Positions 13,220-25,411 of a DNA stretch of 64,000 bases are shown one piece after another (positions within the stretch are counted from its first letter, which is position 1; each line of letters begins with the position of its first letter). Source of the DNA: Eledone cirrhosa (lineage: Eukaryota). A program made the translations under genes and the position numbers. The stretch lies in contig OZ024751.1 of NCBI GenBank assembly GCA_964016885.1, forward strand, positions 15,252,001 through 15,316,000, given 5' to 3'. A model generated the notes under the pieces. The model searched no databases. It was not told where the DNA came from and worked only from the letters and a program-made list of their open reading frames with translations.

Positions 13220-13920
13220 CTAAACTATAATAATATATATAATATATTTAAATAGTTCTCTCTTTTTTACCACCACTATATTTACTCTACATTATTCTCA
13301 TAAAATAATCTTTCACTACTTATATATTATAATGCAATACACATTGTAAATTTAGACAGCCGGTATGTATTAAGTGGCTATATACTTTAAACTGTTCATC
13401 TAGTAGATCTCCCTCTCTCTCTATATACGTACGTATATACACAATATATATATATATTATATGTGCGTGAATATATTTCCTGACGAGGAACTGAGTGGAT
13501 ACAAATATTTAAACTCTACATCTGTGTATGTATTGAATACTTTATTAAAAAATGGTCTTAGTTTAATAACTGAGAATTACACCCCCCCCCTTCTTGAGAG
13601 AGAGTGTATGTATGTGTGGGTATGTTAGTGTCTATATTTATTACCTCTGTGTTAGTCCATTCTCTCAACCACCACCACGTCTCGTCAGCATTCTCACACA
13701 AAGGTAAACATTTCCACCACACACCTCATTAACGCAGGCTCTCAGACACATATACTTCCTAGTGTGACCCACAAACATCCACATTATGCCTTATGACATA
13801 CAGAGTAGATGGAGGTTGTCCAGCTGCGATTTCTTTCACGCTTTGACTTCAATATCTACCTCCCACTCTGCGCGCGCGCGCACACACACTCACGCGCACA
13901 CACACATTATATATATATAT

Positions 13921-14116
13921 AATAGAAATGATTTCTACAGGACTAGAACTGTTTCATTCGTAAGAAATCATCAGGACTTTCCTGTTGATTTCTTACAAAT
14001 GAAACAGCTCTAGTCCTGTAGAAGTCATTTCAATTATAAAATGAATATGCCTATACTCTTCTAGCGTAATGAGTACCTTGTTTAACAGTGGTTTCCTCAC
14101 GATTTTCATCGGGATT
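13921..14116 (+). mobile_element. TA-inserted fold-back element with hammerhead motif in each arm
   Basis: Inverted arms ~13922-13976 / ~13980-14034; + arm GACTTTC-CTGTTGA-stemII-GAAA-CAG..CTG-TA-GAAGTC; - arm retains CTGATGA. Confidence 0.7.
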
Positions 14117-14303
14117 ATATATATGTATATATATATGGGTCTGGAAACGTTGATAAATTATGAACGTGAGAACTCTTTGATTCGAATGAACGGAATTGTT
14201 TAGGTCTTAAAAATGAAACATGAAAGTAGTCGTGTTTTCAACAACATATGTATAAAAGAAGGGCTGTTCTCCATACTGCTATATATATATATATATATAT
14301 ATA

Positions 14304-14433
14304 TAACGAAGGAATTGTGGTAAGGAACCAGATGGACCATAACGCACCAAAGTACTCAATACTTAGGGTAGTAGAGTGGGTAATAGGAACAAGTATGACC
14401 CCAACGGCAGAGCTCAAGCCATTTCGACGGCTA
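14304..14433 (-). mobile_element. copy of the 15240-15369 element (3' half of hammerhead plus tail)
   Basis: Reverse-complement match to 15241-15369 with scattered substitutions; abuts (TA)n. Confidence 0.8.
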
Positions 14434-14459
14434 TTTCACACACCTATCTATATATAGAT

Positions 14460-14828
14460 ATATTTCTTTATTTACCATAAAGGCATAAAAAGAAGGGACA
14501 AATACAAAGGGGGCGTTTACATACAATTGAGTAAAAAGGGTATAAAATGAAAATAATCGAAAATAACCTCAAAAGGGAGGGGACGTGATGGGGGTTGCAC
14601 ACACCCCCGAAAAAGTGTGCAATCCTTTGCTCCGGGAGCACATGGAGAAGGTGCTCCCCTCTCCTTTACTTCTTTACCTACAGGATGGTATACAGAGAAG
14701 GCCCATTTACACGAGCCATTCTCGCCACTATCACCCACCTTTCATAAAACTGCCTGTGGCCAAGCACCTCTCTCTCCATTCTTATCCTTCTTCCGAAGTG
14801 ATATCGGAAGAAGTAGACCAGACTTTAT
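14460..14828 (-). mobile_element. 3' end of Tx1/L1-clade LINE in TA/GATA microsatellite
   Basis: Minus strand LVYFFRYHFGRRIRMEREVLGHRQFYERWVIVARMARVNG...*, pyrimidine-rich 3' UTR ending AATAAAGAAA. Confidence 0.65.
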
Positions 14829-14962
14829 CTATATATATATAGATAGATAGATAGATAGTTGTGTGGATAATTTTTTATATAGCGTCCCACCTATATCCCC
14901 CTAAATATAGCTACCTACTACCCACCCTTTCTCAGTGTCTACTTCTCTTTCACACACACACA

Positions 14963-15036
<74 letters not shown>

Positions 15037-15142
15037 CATGGTTATTAAAATAATGCTTTCCAAGAAAGTTCTAAAACGAAATCGGAAGATAGTGTCATAT
15101 CCAGATACTTCAATGTGGGCAACTTTTGCATATCTAACAGTA

Positions 15143-15176
<34 letters not shown>

Positions 15177-15179
<3 letters not shown>

Positions 15180-15367
15180 GGAACGAGTAGGACCCCGACG
15201 GCTGAGCTCAAGCCGTTTCGACGGCTAAATCTGGACTTATTAGCCGTCGAAACGGCTTGAGCTCAGCCGTCGGGGTCCTACTCGTTCCTATTACCCACTC
15301 TACTACCCTAAGTATTGAATACTTTGGTGCGTTATGGTCCACCTGGTTCCTTACCACATTTCCTCCG

Positions 15368-15369
<2 letters not shown>
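15177..15369 (+). mobile_element. TA-inserted fold-back element with hammerhead 3' half
   Basis: 52-bp inverted arms 15177-15228 / 15240-15291; GAAA-CGGC-TTGAGCTCA-GCCG-TC (stem III and GUC) at 15249-15271; no CTGANGA. Confidence 0.75.
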
Positions 15370-15407
<38 letters not shown>

Positions 15408-15413
<6 letters not shown>

Positions 15414-15800
15414 AAAATATAAATATTAATAAAATAGATGTTCTTTTGATCAATTACATTTTATTATACATATTTCGGATGTACAACAGTACGTCCTCAT
15501 CAGACAAAATATAATGATACATGACATACCCTGAGATCTTAAATGGTTAAGATTTAATCAAAGTATTAATACCTTGATTAAATCTTAACCATTTAACATC
15601 TCAGGGTATGTCATGTATCATTACTGTTGTACATCCGAAATATGTATAATAAAATGTAATTGATCAAAAGAACATCTATTTTATTAATATTTATATTTTA
15701 ATATTGATAACTCCGGAAAATTATTTTGCCGTAGAGTGCTTCCAATCTACTGTAAAACTCATTCTTTGACATACTCATTGAATATTGTTTAACACTTTTA
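15408..15800 (+). mobile_element. Penelope-like fold-back element in (TA)n
   Basis: Near-perfect palindrome 15408-15705 centred at 15567/15568, plus unique 3' extension to the TA tract; contains hammerhead. Confidence 0.8.
15453..15515 (-). ncRNA. minimal type I hammerhead ribozyme
   Basis: ATTATATTTTGT-CTGATGA-GGACGTAC(TGTT)GTACATCC-GAAA-TATGTAT-A-ATAAAATGTAAT: 12-bp stem I with two G-U, stem II with one mismatch, short stem III, AUA site. Confidence 0.85.
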
Positions 15801-16139
15801 TATATATATGTGTATATATGTGTGTATGTATATATATATATATATATGTCTGTGTCTATACACGTATGTTGTGCAGTAGAGGAAATATCTATCTAAAGTC
15901 ATGTTTAGTCTTGACCAAAAGTTAAATTATTTCCTGCCTTTCTCCACCACTCTCTTCTCCATACCTCCTCTCATCTCCCCCCCCCTCAATTTATCATTCT
16001 CTTCCTTTATTTCTCTCTACCTTCTCCTCATTTTCCTCCCACCATAAAAATGGTAGAGCGGTCATTCAACTCGTTTCTTTTTGAAACCTACTTTCAGTTT
16101 TTATATTTTTAGGTCGAGGGGTTAAACACACACACACAC

Positions 16140-17065
<926 letters not shown>

Positions 17066-17873
17066 GAGTCTTATCGTTTGGGAAATGTCAGTTGATTCTC
17101 GTTAATTAATATTCTTTCCTATGTTTGTCGACACCATTTGGTGTGTATGTGTATGTCTGTGTGTATACTTAGTTGTGGAATGCATACGTTTGTGTGTGTG
17201 TGTGTATGTATGTCTTTGTAAATATATTTCGTTGTGGAATGCATACGTGCGTGTGTGTGTGTTCCTCTGATCTTCTACCTACATATTGATAATATCTACT
17301 TCTTACACGACAACTAAAGTATTGCTGATCGAGTGGAGTAGTGTACAGGTGTGTACAAGTTGCTTACTCTACTCTCAGCTTGTAATTTATATTGAAGAGA
17401 AAGGACGACCTTACGTCCCCAAACCTGATTTACACCTTGTAATATTTCTCAGGTGTTTTATTGATGTAGTTGGTTTTAACTGTCGTTTTTTTTCTTTCTC
17501 ATTGTAAATTCTTTGCATTTCAGTTTAGCAAATCTTTCTATGAAATTCCCGAAACCTTGTCTCGTCTTGTCTTGTCTTGTCTAATAGCACTACACCATTA
17601 GAAAACATATGGTTAACAATGGTTTATGGTCTGGTTGTGTGTGCTGTCAGTTAGTTAGTCCCTGGTTTCTGCTGTATGCTGCTAAACTATCCGCTGGGCT
17701 GTTGTTATATTTATATTTATAGAACTATTTTCAGAGGAAGGTCCGTCGTTACTCAAACATTCACAGAATCAACGTAATTGTTGCTATATTAACCGTGGAT
17801 GCCAGCTCACCACCACCACCATTACTCTCACATTCTCTCTTGTTTCTGTCTTCCTTTCTTTATACATTTTCTG

Positions 17874-17927
<54 letters not shown>

Positions 17928-18074
17928 TGACTGACCACACTATTGGTGATTTTCATCATTCATTGATCTTTATACTTATTGCCAGTGATACATAGATAGA
18001 CACACACATACATACACATACAGACATACGAATATTCATTTATATATATATATGAATATTCATATATATATATA

Positions 18075-18164
18075 TGGGGTATGCCGAAAAATGTATACAC
18101 CATTCCAATAAATATTGCCTGTACAGGTAATCAAAGTGTGTATACATTTTTTGGGACACTCCGT
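18075..18164. mobile_element. diverged relative of the 12647 Tc1-type MITE
   Basis: AAAAATGTATACAC...GTGTATACATTTTTTGGGACAC in TA context. Confidence 0.7.
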
Positions 18165-18519
18165 ATATATACATATATATACACACTCATTCATAGATGC
18201 ATGCATGGTTGAGCTGAATAACACCATTTAACAAACATCCAGCAGTGACATTTGTCTTCCACAAACAGTACTTCCTGCAGTGGTTTAACGAATATAAGCG
18301 TGATACACCATACTTAAATAAAGAATGGGTTGGCTTCGGGAAGAGCAGCAACTTGAAGAAAACCTGCCACAAAAAGTTTCATACTACTCAATCACATGGA
18401 AAAAGTGATGATGTTCCTGCTTAGTAATAAATTTTATCTGAAATATTGAAGGAGTGGGCTGTAGTTGATTGAAATATCTTCAGTATATAGTTGGTATTAA
18501 TTTATTGGTGCCAGTAATG

Positions 18520-19795
18520 CTGGTGTTACAATAAGATGCACTGAGCCTACTCTGTAAAGTGATAGTGCCTCAATAAAAAAAGCACCGAGTTCACCTTATT
18601 AGGTGGTAGTGCTGGTGCCTCAATACAAAGCACTGAGTCTACCCAATAAGATGGTAGTGTTGGTGTCATGATTAAAAGCACTCAATTTTCACCCTTTTAG
18701 GTGGTAGTGCTGGTGCCTCAATATAAAAGGATTGAGTGCACTGTGTAAGGTGGTAGTGCTGGTGCCTCAATATAAAAGGATTGAGTGCACTGTGTAAGGT
18801 GGTAGTGCTGGTACTTCAGCATAAAAGCATTGTGTTCACTGTTTAAGGTGGTAGTGCTGGTGCCTCAGTATAAAAGCATTGAGTGCACTGTGTAAGGTGG
18901 TAGTGCTGGTGCCTCAGTATAAAAGCATTGAGTGCACTGTGTAAGGTGGTAGTGCTGGTGCCTCAGTATAAAAGCATTGAGTGCACTGTGTAAGGTGGTA
19001 GTGCTGGTGCCTCAGTATAAAAGCATTGTGTTCACTGTGTAAGGTGGTAGTGCTGGTACCTCAGTATAAAAGCATTGTGTTCACCGTTTAAGGTGGTAGT
19101 GCTGGTGCCTCAATATAAAAGGATTGAGTGCACTGTGTAAGGTGGTAGTGCTGGTACTTCAGCATAAAAGCATTGTGTTCACTGTTTAAGGTGGTAGTGC
19201 TGGTGCCTCAGTATAAAAGCATTGAGTGCACTGTGTAAGGTGGTAGTGCTGGTACTTCAGCATAAAAGCATTGTGTTCACTGTTTAAGGTGGTAGTGCTG
19301 GTGCCTCAGTATAAAAGCATTGAGTGCACTGTGTAAGGTGGTAGTGCTGGTGCCTCAGTATAAAAGCATTGAGTGCACTGTGTAAGGTGGTAGTGCTGGT
19401 GTCTCAGTATAAAAGCATTGAGTGCACTGTGTAAGGTGGTAGTGCTGGTGCCTCAGTATAAAAGCATTGTGTTCACTGTGTAAGGTGGTAGTGCTGGTAC
19501 CTCAGTATAAAAGCATTGTGTTCACCGTTTAAGGTGGTAGTGCTGGTGTCATGATAGAAAGTACTCAATTTTCATCCTTTAAGGTGGTAGTGCTGGATTC
19601 TTGATAAAATCTTCCTAGTATACACTGTAAAGTGGTTGGCATTAGGAAGGGCATCCAACTAGACACCAAGCCAAAAAGGGAGCGTATGAAATGGAGCCAG
19701 TAGTCGTCACCTGGCCAGTCTAGTCTCAGTACCTGACAACCTGTCTAAACTATGCAAGCCTGAAAAATAGATATTAAACAGTGATGATGGTGATT
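18520..19795 (+). repeat. 49-bp minisatellite (~20 units) expanded inside an RTE-tail element
   Basis: Unit AAGGTGGTAGTGCTGGTGCCTCAGTATAAAAGCATTGAGTGCACTGTGT (starts 18845, 18894); runs into GGCATTAGGAAGGGCATCC...GATGATG tail. Confidence 0.92.
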
Positions 19796-19871
19796 TCAGT
19801 ACATTACAGATACATGGTTATTGAGCAGAGGTGGATGGATGAAAAGTAGAGTTGAACTTGGCAAGACTTAA

Positions 19872-20076
19872 CCCTTTAGCATTTACTATTATATTTTCAT
19901 GGTAAAGGCTTTGCCTTACATAATTATGTCACATAATATCGAATCTATGAGATTTTGATATTATTTATTTTGAGAACAATACTTTAACATCAATATGAGT
20001 GACTAGTTACAGCCAGTTTGAAAAGAAAAATGTGAGAGAATACTGGCCGGATATGGCTGGTTTAAATGCTAAAGGG
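19872..20076 (+). mobile_element. piggyBac-type MITE
   Basis: TTAA-CCCTTTAGCATTTA ... TAAATGCTAAAGGG-TTAA. Confidence 0.88.
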
Positions 20077-21985
20077 TTAAACTTAGAACTAGAAATCTAT
20101 AGTTTGTTAAATTGCGATGATTTATTTTCTTAGACAGAGGATTAATTATTGAAGGAAAGGGGTATAGTTGATTAAATCAATCAGCCATAATATGTTATGT
20201 GTGTTTGTATATTTATATAGGTCTCTATCTGTAACTCTTTACTAGTTACAGACACACACATATACACACAATGTATTTCCTATCTCAGTCATGTTGCTAG
20301 AATAAAAAGTTTGCTTTCCATTCACAAGGTCCTAGGTTATGACCTACATTTGTCCCTGTAAATAGTTATTTCTCCAAAGTTACTCATGCATTTAATCCTG
20401 TATATTATTTGTACATTATATGCTGAACATTTATGTAATTACTTAAATATTTATAAATTATTAAAATATCATTCTTTAATCACTTCTATGTGCTGTGCCA
20501 GTAATTGACATAAATTAAAGGGTTTCTTTTATGCAAATTTCCCAGTTTGTATGATTGTTCATTTATCCAGTAATCCTGGTATATATGGTATACCAATCCT
20601 GGACTCCAAAAATTAAGTATGTTCAACACTATTGCCATCATTATTGACAGCACTGGCCTAATAGTCCATTATATTACTAACACTCATTTTATAAATCCTG
20701 GTGGAACTCCCAGCATTTAAACTTAAGTGGTAGTCTTAATCTGTTGCCCAGTTTAACACAACCACCTGGCTCTTGATTGGTTTTGGCAGAATCCATTCTT
20801 TTGCAAGCATTCAGGCCAGATCTCTGATTTGAGGATATTTTCTCTTCCTTTTTCCAATCTCTGGGACCCTTAAAATACTTAATGGGCACTTCCCTCCCTG
20901 GCTAAACAACAATCAAAAAGAATAAAAAATATTGTAAATTTAGCAGTCTAAGAACATACCAAGAACACAAAAACTTAATTAATCATTTACAAACCCAATT
21001 TTTTTTATTCCAATTCAGTCATCACAGTCTCCCTTAAAACTTGTGTCATGGTATGTGTGGTACAAGCTCTTCCGACAGCTCCCTCTCTCTACCCCCCATC
21101 TCTCACACACACAGACACAGGCACACACTTACACACAGTTGCAGTAGATTACCACCATCTACTTTCAGAGATCTCATTTCATTTCAACTATAAATACAGA
21201 ACAAAAGAACTAACAAGCAATATAAATAGAGGTGTCATGATGTTGATGTGGCACATATCATAGCAAAGAGAGCAACATCTCAAGTAATGAACGTTTATTA
21301 TAACAACTGCTTACAGATTCAACGAGGAGAACTAATATTGATGTTTCCTGTTAAAAATGTCTGTATTTTATTGAAATAACATTTAAGCCTTACAAGAGCT
21401 ATGTTTTTCTTTAAATTAATAGATTACTTCAAAGTTAAGTTTTTATTTATGTGTGTGTGTGTGTATATATATGTGTATATATATGTGTATATATATATAT
21501 ATAGTGTGTGTGGTTATATCATTTCATATTTTAGAAATGTATATACAATACATATATACACACACATATATAAAATGTCTGATTATATCATTTCATTAAT
21601 TTAGGAATATATATATGAAGCTTTCTGTTGATATCATTTAGAAATGCAAAAGCTGTTACATAAACAAATTAACTTGAACTTCTATGAACATTTGGCTATT
21701 GAATTTATTTATGGATTGCTTTAATTGTTTGCCGGATATTCACTGTTAACGAGGAGAATAGATCTGCCATCTGCCTTTTATGCTTCCTTCTCTCTCTCTC
21801 ACTTGGTCTTAGTCCCTGTCTACTCTTGGTCTCTTAGGACACTGTTGAGTTGATAAGGTGTTTGTCTAGTCCTAGGTCATCATATAATTAGTTCTATGCT
21901 GTCTAGTGTAGCCAGCTCTGTTGTATATCCAATGAATATATCAATGGCCATTTTTTTTTTTTGCAGGTATGTTATGTTAGTTTAA

Positions 21986-22120
21986 CCCTTTAGCATTTAC
22001 ATTATTCTATATTTACTATTATATTTTCATGGTAAAGGCTTTACCTCACATAATATTTCACATAATATCGAATCTATGAGATTTTGATATTATTTATTTT
22101 GAAAACAATACCTTAACATC
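21986..22120 (+). mobile_element. piggyBac-type MITE, left part
   Basis: TTAACCCTTTAGCATT and same internal sequence as 19872. Confidence 0.8.
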
Positions 22121-22239
22121 AGGAGTAGAGTTTGCTCTGTAGCAAGCAGATAGATAAAGCTCCTGACAATGGGTTATTGTTATTGTAACCTCATGGCACA
22201 TTGACACCCTCTACACATCCCTAGATGTCACAAAATAAC

Positions 22240-23310
22240 ATTAAATCCACTGAACAATTTTCCCTCCTCTTCTCCATTATTTGTGGACTCCAATCCAACG
22301 TAGACCCTCTACACCTAATTTCCTACTCACATGCAAACCACACATCCTGTTCCTCTCTGAGACACAAATCTTTCAACCCTTATCTATGGTCCATCTCTGT
22401 TACCCAAGCTACTCTCATTATTAAAATTTCACTCTGAAATGCATTGTTTATGCATATGTAGATTCTACTCACCTTTCCCTGATCAGTAACAAGGACTTTC
22501 TTGTTCAAAGTCTTTACTTTGCACCCCACTCTTTCAAATATATCTGCTTCCTTTATCAGCCACCACCAACTCTTTGACCCTCTTCTAGCACCAAGGGTAG
22601 TTATCTCACTTCACTCCTCTCTGAAGTCCTCAAGCCTTGGTGACTTCATTGTTCACAACCTTTCTTGTTTCTCACATTCATCCCATACTGATGTTGGGGC
22701 AGACACTGAATCTTTTACAATCTTCAATGCTTTATATCAATTAGTTTTGTCCCTTGCTTACATCTCTGACTGACATACAGATACTCCAGACACTCTTGAT
22801 CTCTTTCTTACCTTCAAATCCAGCCACTACCAAACCATCACCTTCATCTCTGTACCTATCTAGTCAGCTGACCATTGCCTTATTGCAACTGCCCATAACT
22901 CATCCACATACTATACAATATCCCTCCCCATCTCACAAACCTTATGGCAATGCAAGTTAGTTTATTGGTCTGAGATTCATCAGTTTATATGTTACCTATC
23001 CCTGCCAACACTTACTTCACTCTTGAGTAATCAGAGACAATCGGGCAGGTAACACAAACATCCTCTTATACAATTCCATCCACACCAAAACTCATAAACC
23101 TAAATCAATCAAATAGTTCATCCATAGCTGTGCTGCAGTAGGTTAGACAAAGAACACTACTGGCTTATAGAGCTTGAAGAAAATCACCCACTCCCTACAA
23201 ACTAGACTGCATTTATTTAGCACCACTTTCCTGCAAGACCATCATCTAAATTACAAAAGATATCTCCATGCATTGTATGGTCCCCAAGCTCTCCCACCTC
23301 CCAAACTCTA
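22240..23310 (+). mobile_element. highly decayed CR1/L2/Jockey-group LINE, AP-endonuclease region
   Basis: Remnant motifs LGDFIVHN, PDTLDLFLT, ADHCLI in shifting frames. Confidence 0.6.
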
Positions 23311-24453
23311 ACCTGATATCACAAAGTTGACAGGAATATTTTAACCAAGGAATTATTACAGAAGGAATAGATGAGAAAGAAAGGATCATTTTTAGGGGAA
23401 ATTATCAAAATCATATGAATCAATATATTTCCAGCTAAGAAAATATAAGTTCTATATTTGTCAGAAACACCCAGTTACTGAATATAGAAGCAATTCTTGT
23501 CTAAAACTGATGGGAGAGGAGCATATAAGGCCTCTTAGACCTTCATTATCTAACGCAGTGTCTAGAGTAGTATCATCGACTTCCACTTGAAACATCTTGA
23601 CATACTTCTCACTCCAACAACAACACTATTATTATTATATATATATATTTTATGAATATACACACACGCACACATACATATATGCTTATACACACACACA
23701 CATGTATTACAAGCAGCTAGGAAAAAGTATATTTTTTGCTATGATATATTGAGGGCATTAATACACATATGTATATGTTAAGTCCCTACCACATACAGGA
23801 GGAGCCAATGTGTCTGGTTAAAAGTTTAGTTCAGTCAATGTTCTTAGTATTATTGACACACTGTCTTGTAAAGAATAAAATGTTTTCATAATTTTTTTTT
23901 ACTGATATCTGACATTTCACAGGAATGAAAAGATGAATAAATGTGTGGAATAAAACACACACACCATATGATTTTCACTTTTTCATTTTATCTTTATTAC
24001 TAATTATTGGTTAGTTTGTCAAAGTTCTTTTGTCACACATTCTGTGACCTCCTCAATGACTATCTGTTTATGAGATTTTTTTTTTTTTCATGTTTAGTCA
24101 GGGAGGTAATGACTGCCTATGATCCTTTTTGAGGTTGACATTTATCTTTAATGTTGAATGACTATATATCTACAACAAATGGATGGAAAGTTATGTTACT
24201 GACCAACCTATCTCAATAGGTGGGTATTAAACTGATGATGATGATTATAATGTTTAAAACTTGTTTCAAAGAATTCATACAAACAGCTAGATTTGCACAA
24301 GTATCACATCATTGTTGTTTAACATCTGCTTTTCCTGCTAGCAAAGGTGGGACAGGTTGTCAGCAGACCGGGCTGGTTCTCAAAGCACAGGTACTGACCC
24401 CATAATGGGTCAGGAGCCTGCATCTCATTAACGCTCCTGTACCCTACCAAGTA

Positions 24454-24668
24454 CAGTCTGTTCGCTTTCTATGTGAAAATGCGTTCGCAAGCATGGTGCA
24501 TAAAGCAAATTCGCGTAATTCAAGTCTAATGTTATATTATATTTCTGATAAATAAAAAGAAAAAGACCACATGTGTTATAGCGCATTATTCATGCAAAGT
24601 GAATATTTAATAATATTTTTTCAAGAGGCGTCAGGTACTTCAAGTTCGCGTAAAAAGTGAACAGACTG
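24454..24668. mobile_element. Tc1/pogo-type MITE nested in an RTE-tail element
   Basis: TA-CAGTCTGTTCGCTTT ... AAAGTGAACAGACTG-TA; host tail pieces at ~24305-24360 and ~24700-24840. Confidence 0.8.
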
Positions 24669-25203
24669 TACTTAGACAGGCCAGTGGCCCACAACTCAAA
24701 TATGAGTGCATTTTATCGTGACACAAGCATAAGGGATGTTGTCCTCCTGACTCTTAGTTTGGCAGATTTTCTATGGCTGGATGCCCTGCCTATCACCAAC
24801 CACCTTACTGAGTTTATTGGGTGCATTTATTGTGTAACTCTAGGGAGGTTAGCTGGAGTGTTCTCTCTAGAAAATTAAAACATATATAGAAATAAATATC
24901 TCCGGAGGGTGGGAGGTGGAATGTCATGTTATTAGGGTAGGCAATGACTATGAAAATAAAGAGTTAGTTTAGGGAGCCTCCTTGGTATAAAGGTTGACTT
25001 CAGCTCTTTGGCAAGGACTTCAGAATATTATTTGGGGGGTGCAAAACAAGAAATTTGTCCCCAGACATTTTATTGTATGTATATTTTCTTTTATTAACAT
25101 TCATTTTGTTTTGTTTATTTATGGTTTAATATGACTACATAAGAATGTGTTGGCTGTAATGGTGATAACAGTGAATACACTCCCTAAATTTGTGCAGGTA
25201 TAA

Positions 25204-25411
25204 CCCTTTAGGATTTACATTACTCTATATTTACTAGTATATTTTCACAGTAAAGGCTTTACCTCACTTAATATCGAATCTATGAGATTTTGGTATTATT
25301 TATTTTGAGAACAATACCTTTACATCAGTATGAGTGGCTGGTTACAGCTTGTATGAATAGAAAGAGGTGAGAGAATTCTGGCTGGATATGGCCTGTTTAA
25401 ATACTAAAGGG
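25204..25411 (+). mobile_element. piggyBac-type MITE
   Basis: CCCTTTAG...CTAAAGGG-TTAA, same family as 19872. Confidence 0.85.

Noticed and set aside
13480-13540. CTGACGA as a complete hammerhead
   Set aside because: No GAAA or stem II follows; kept only as a probable internally deleted element
17379-17438. Possible internal exon after CTCTCAG
   Set aside because: Weak donor, no recognisable protein similarity, no link to exon 1
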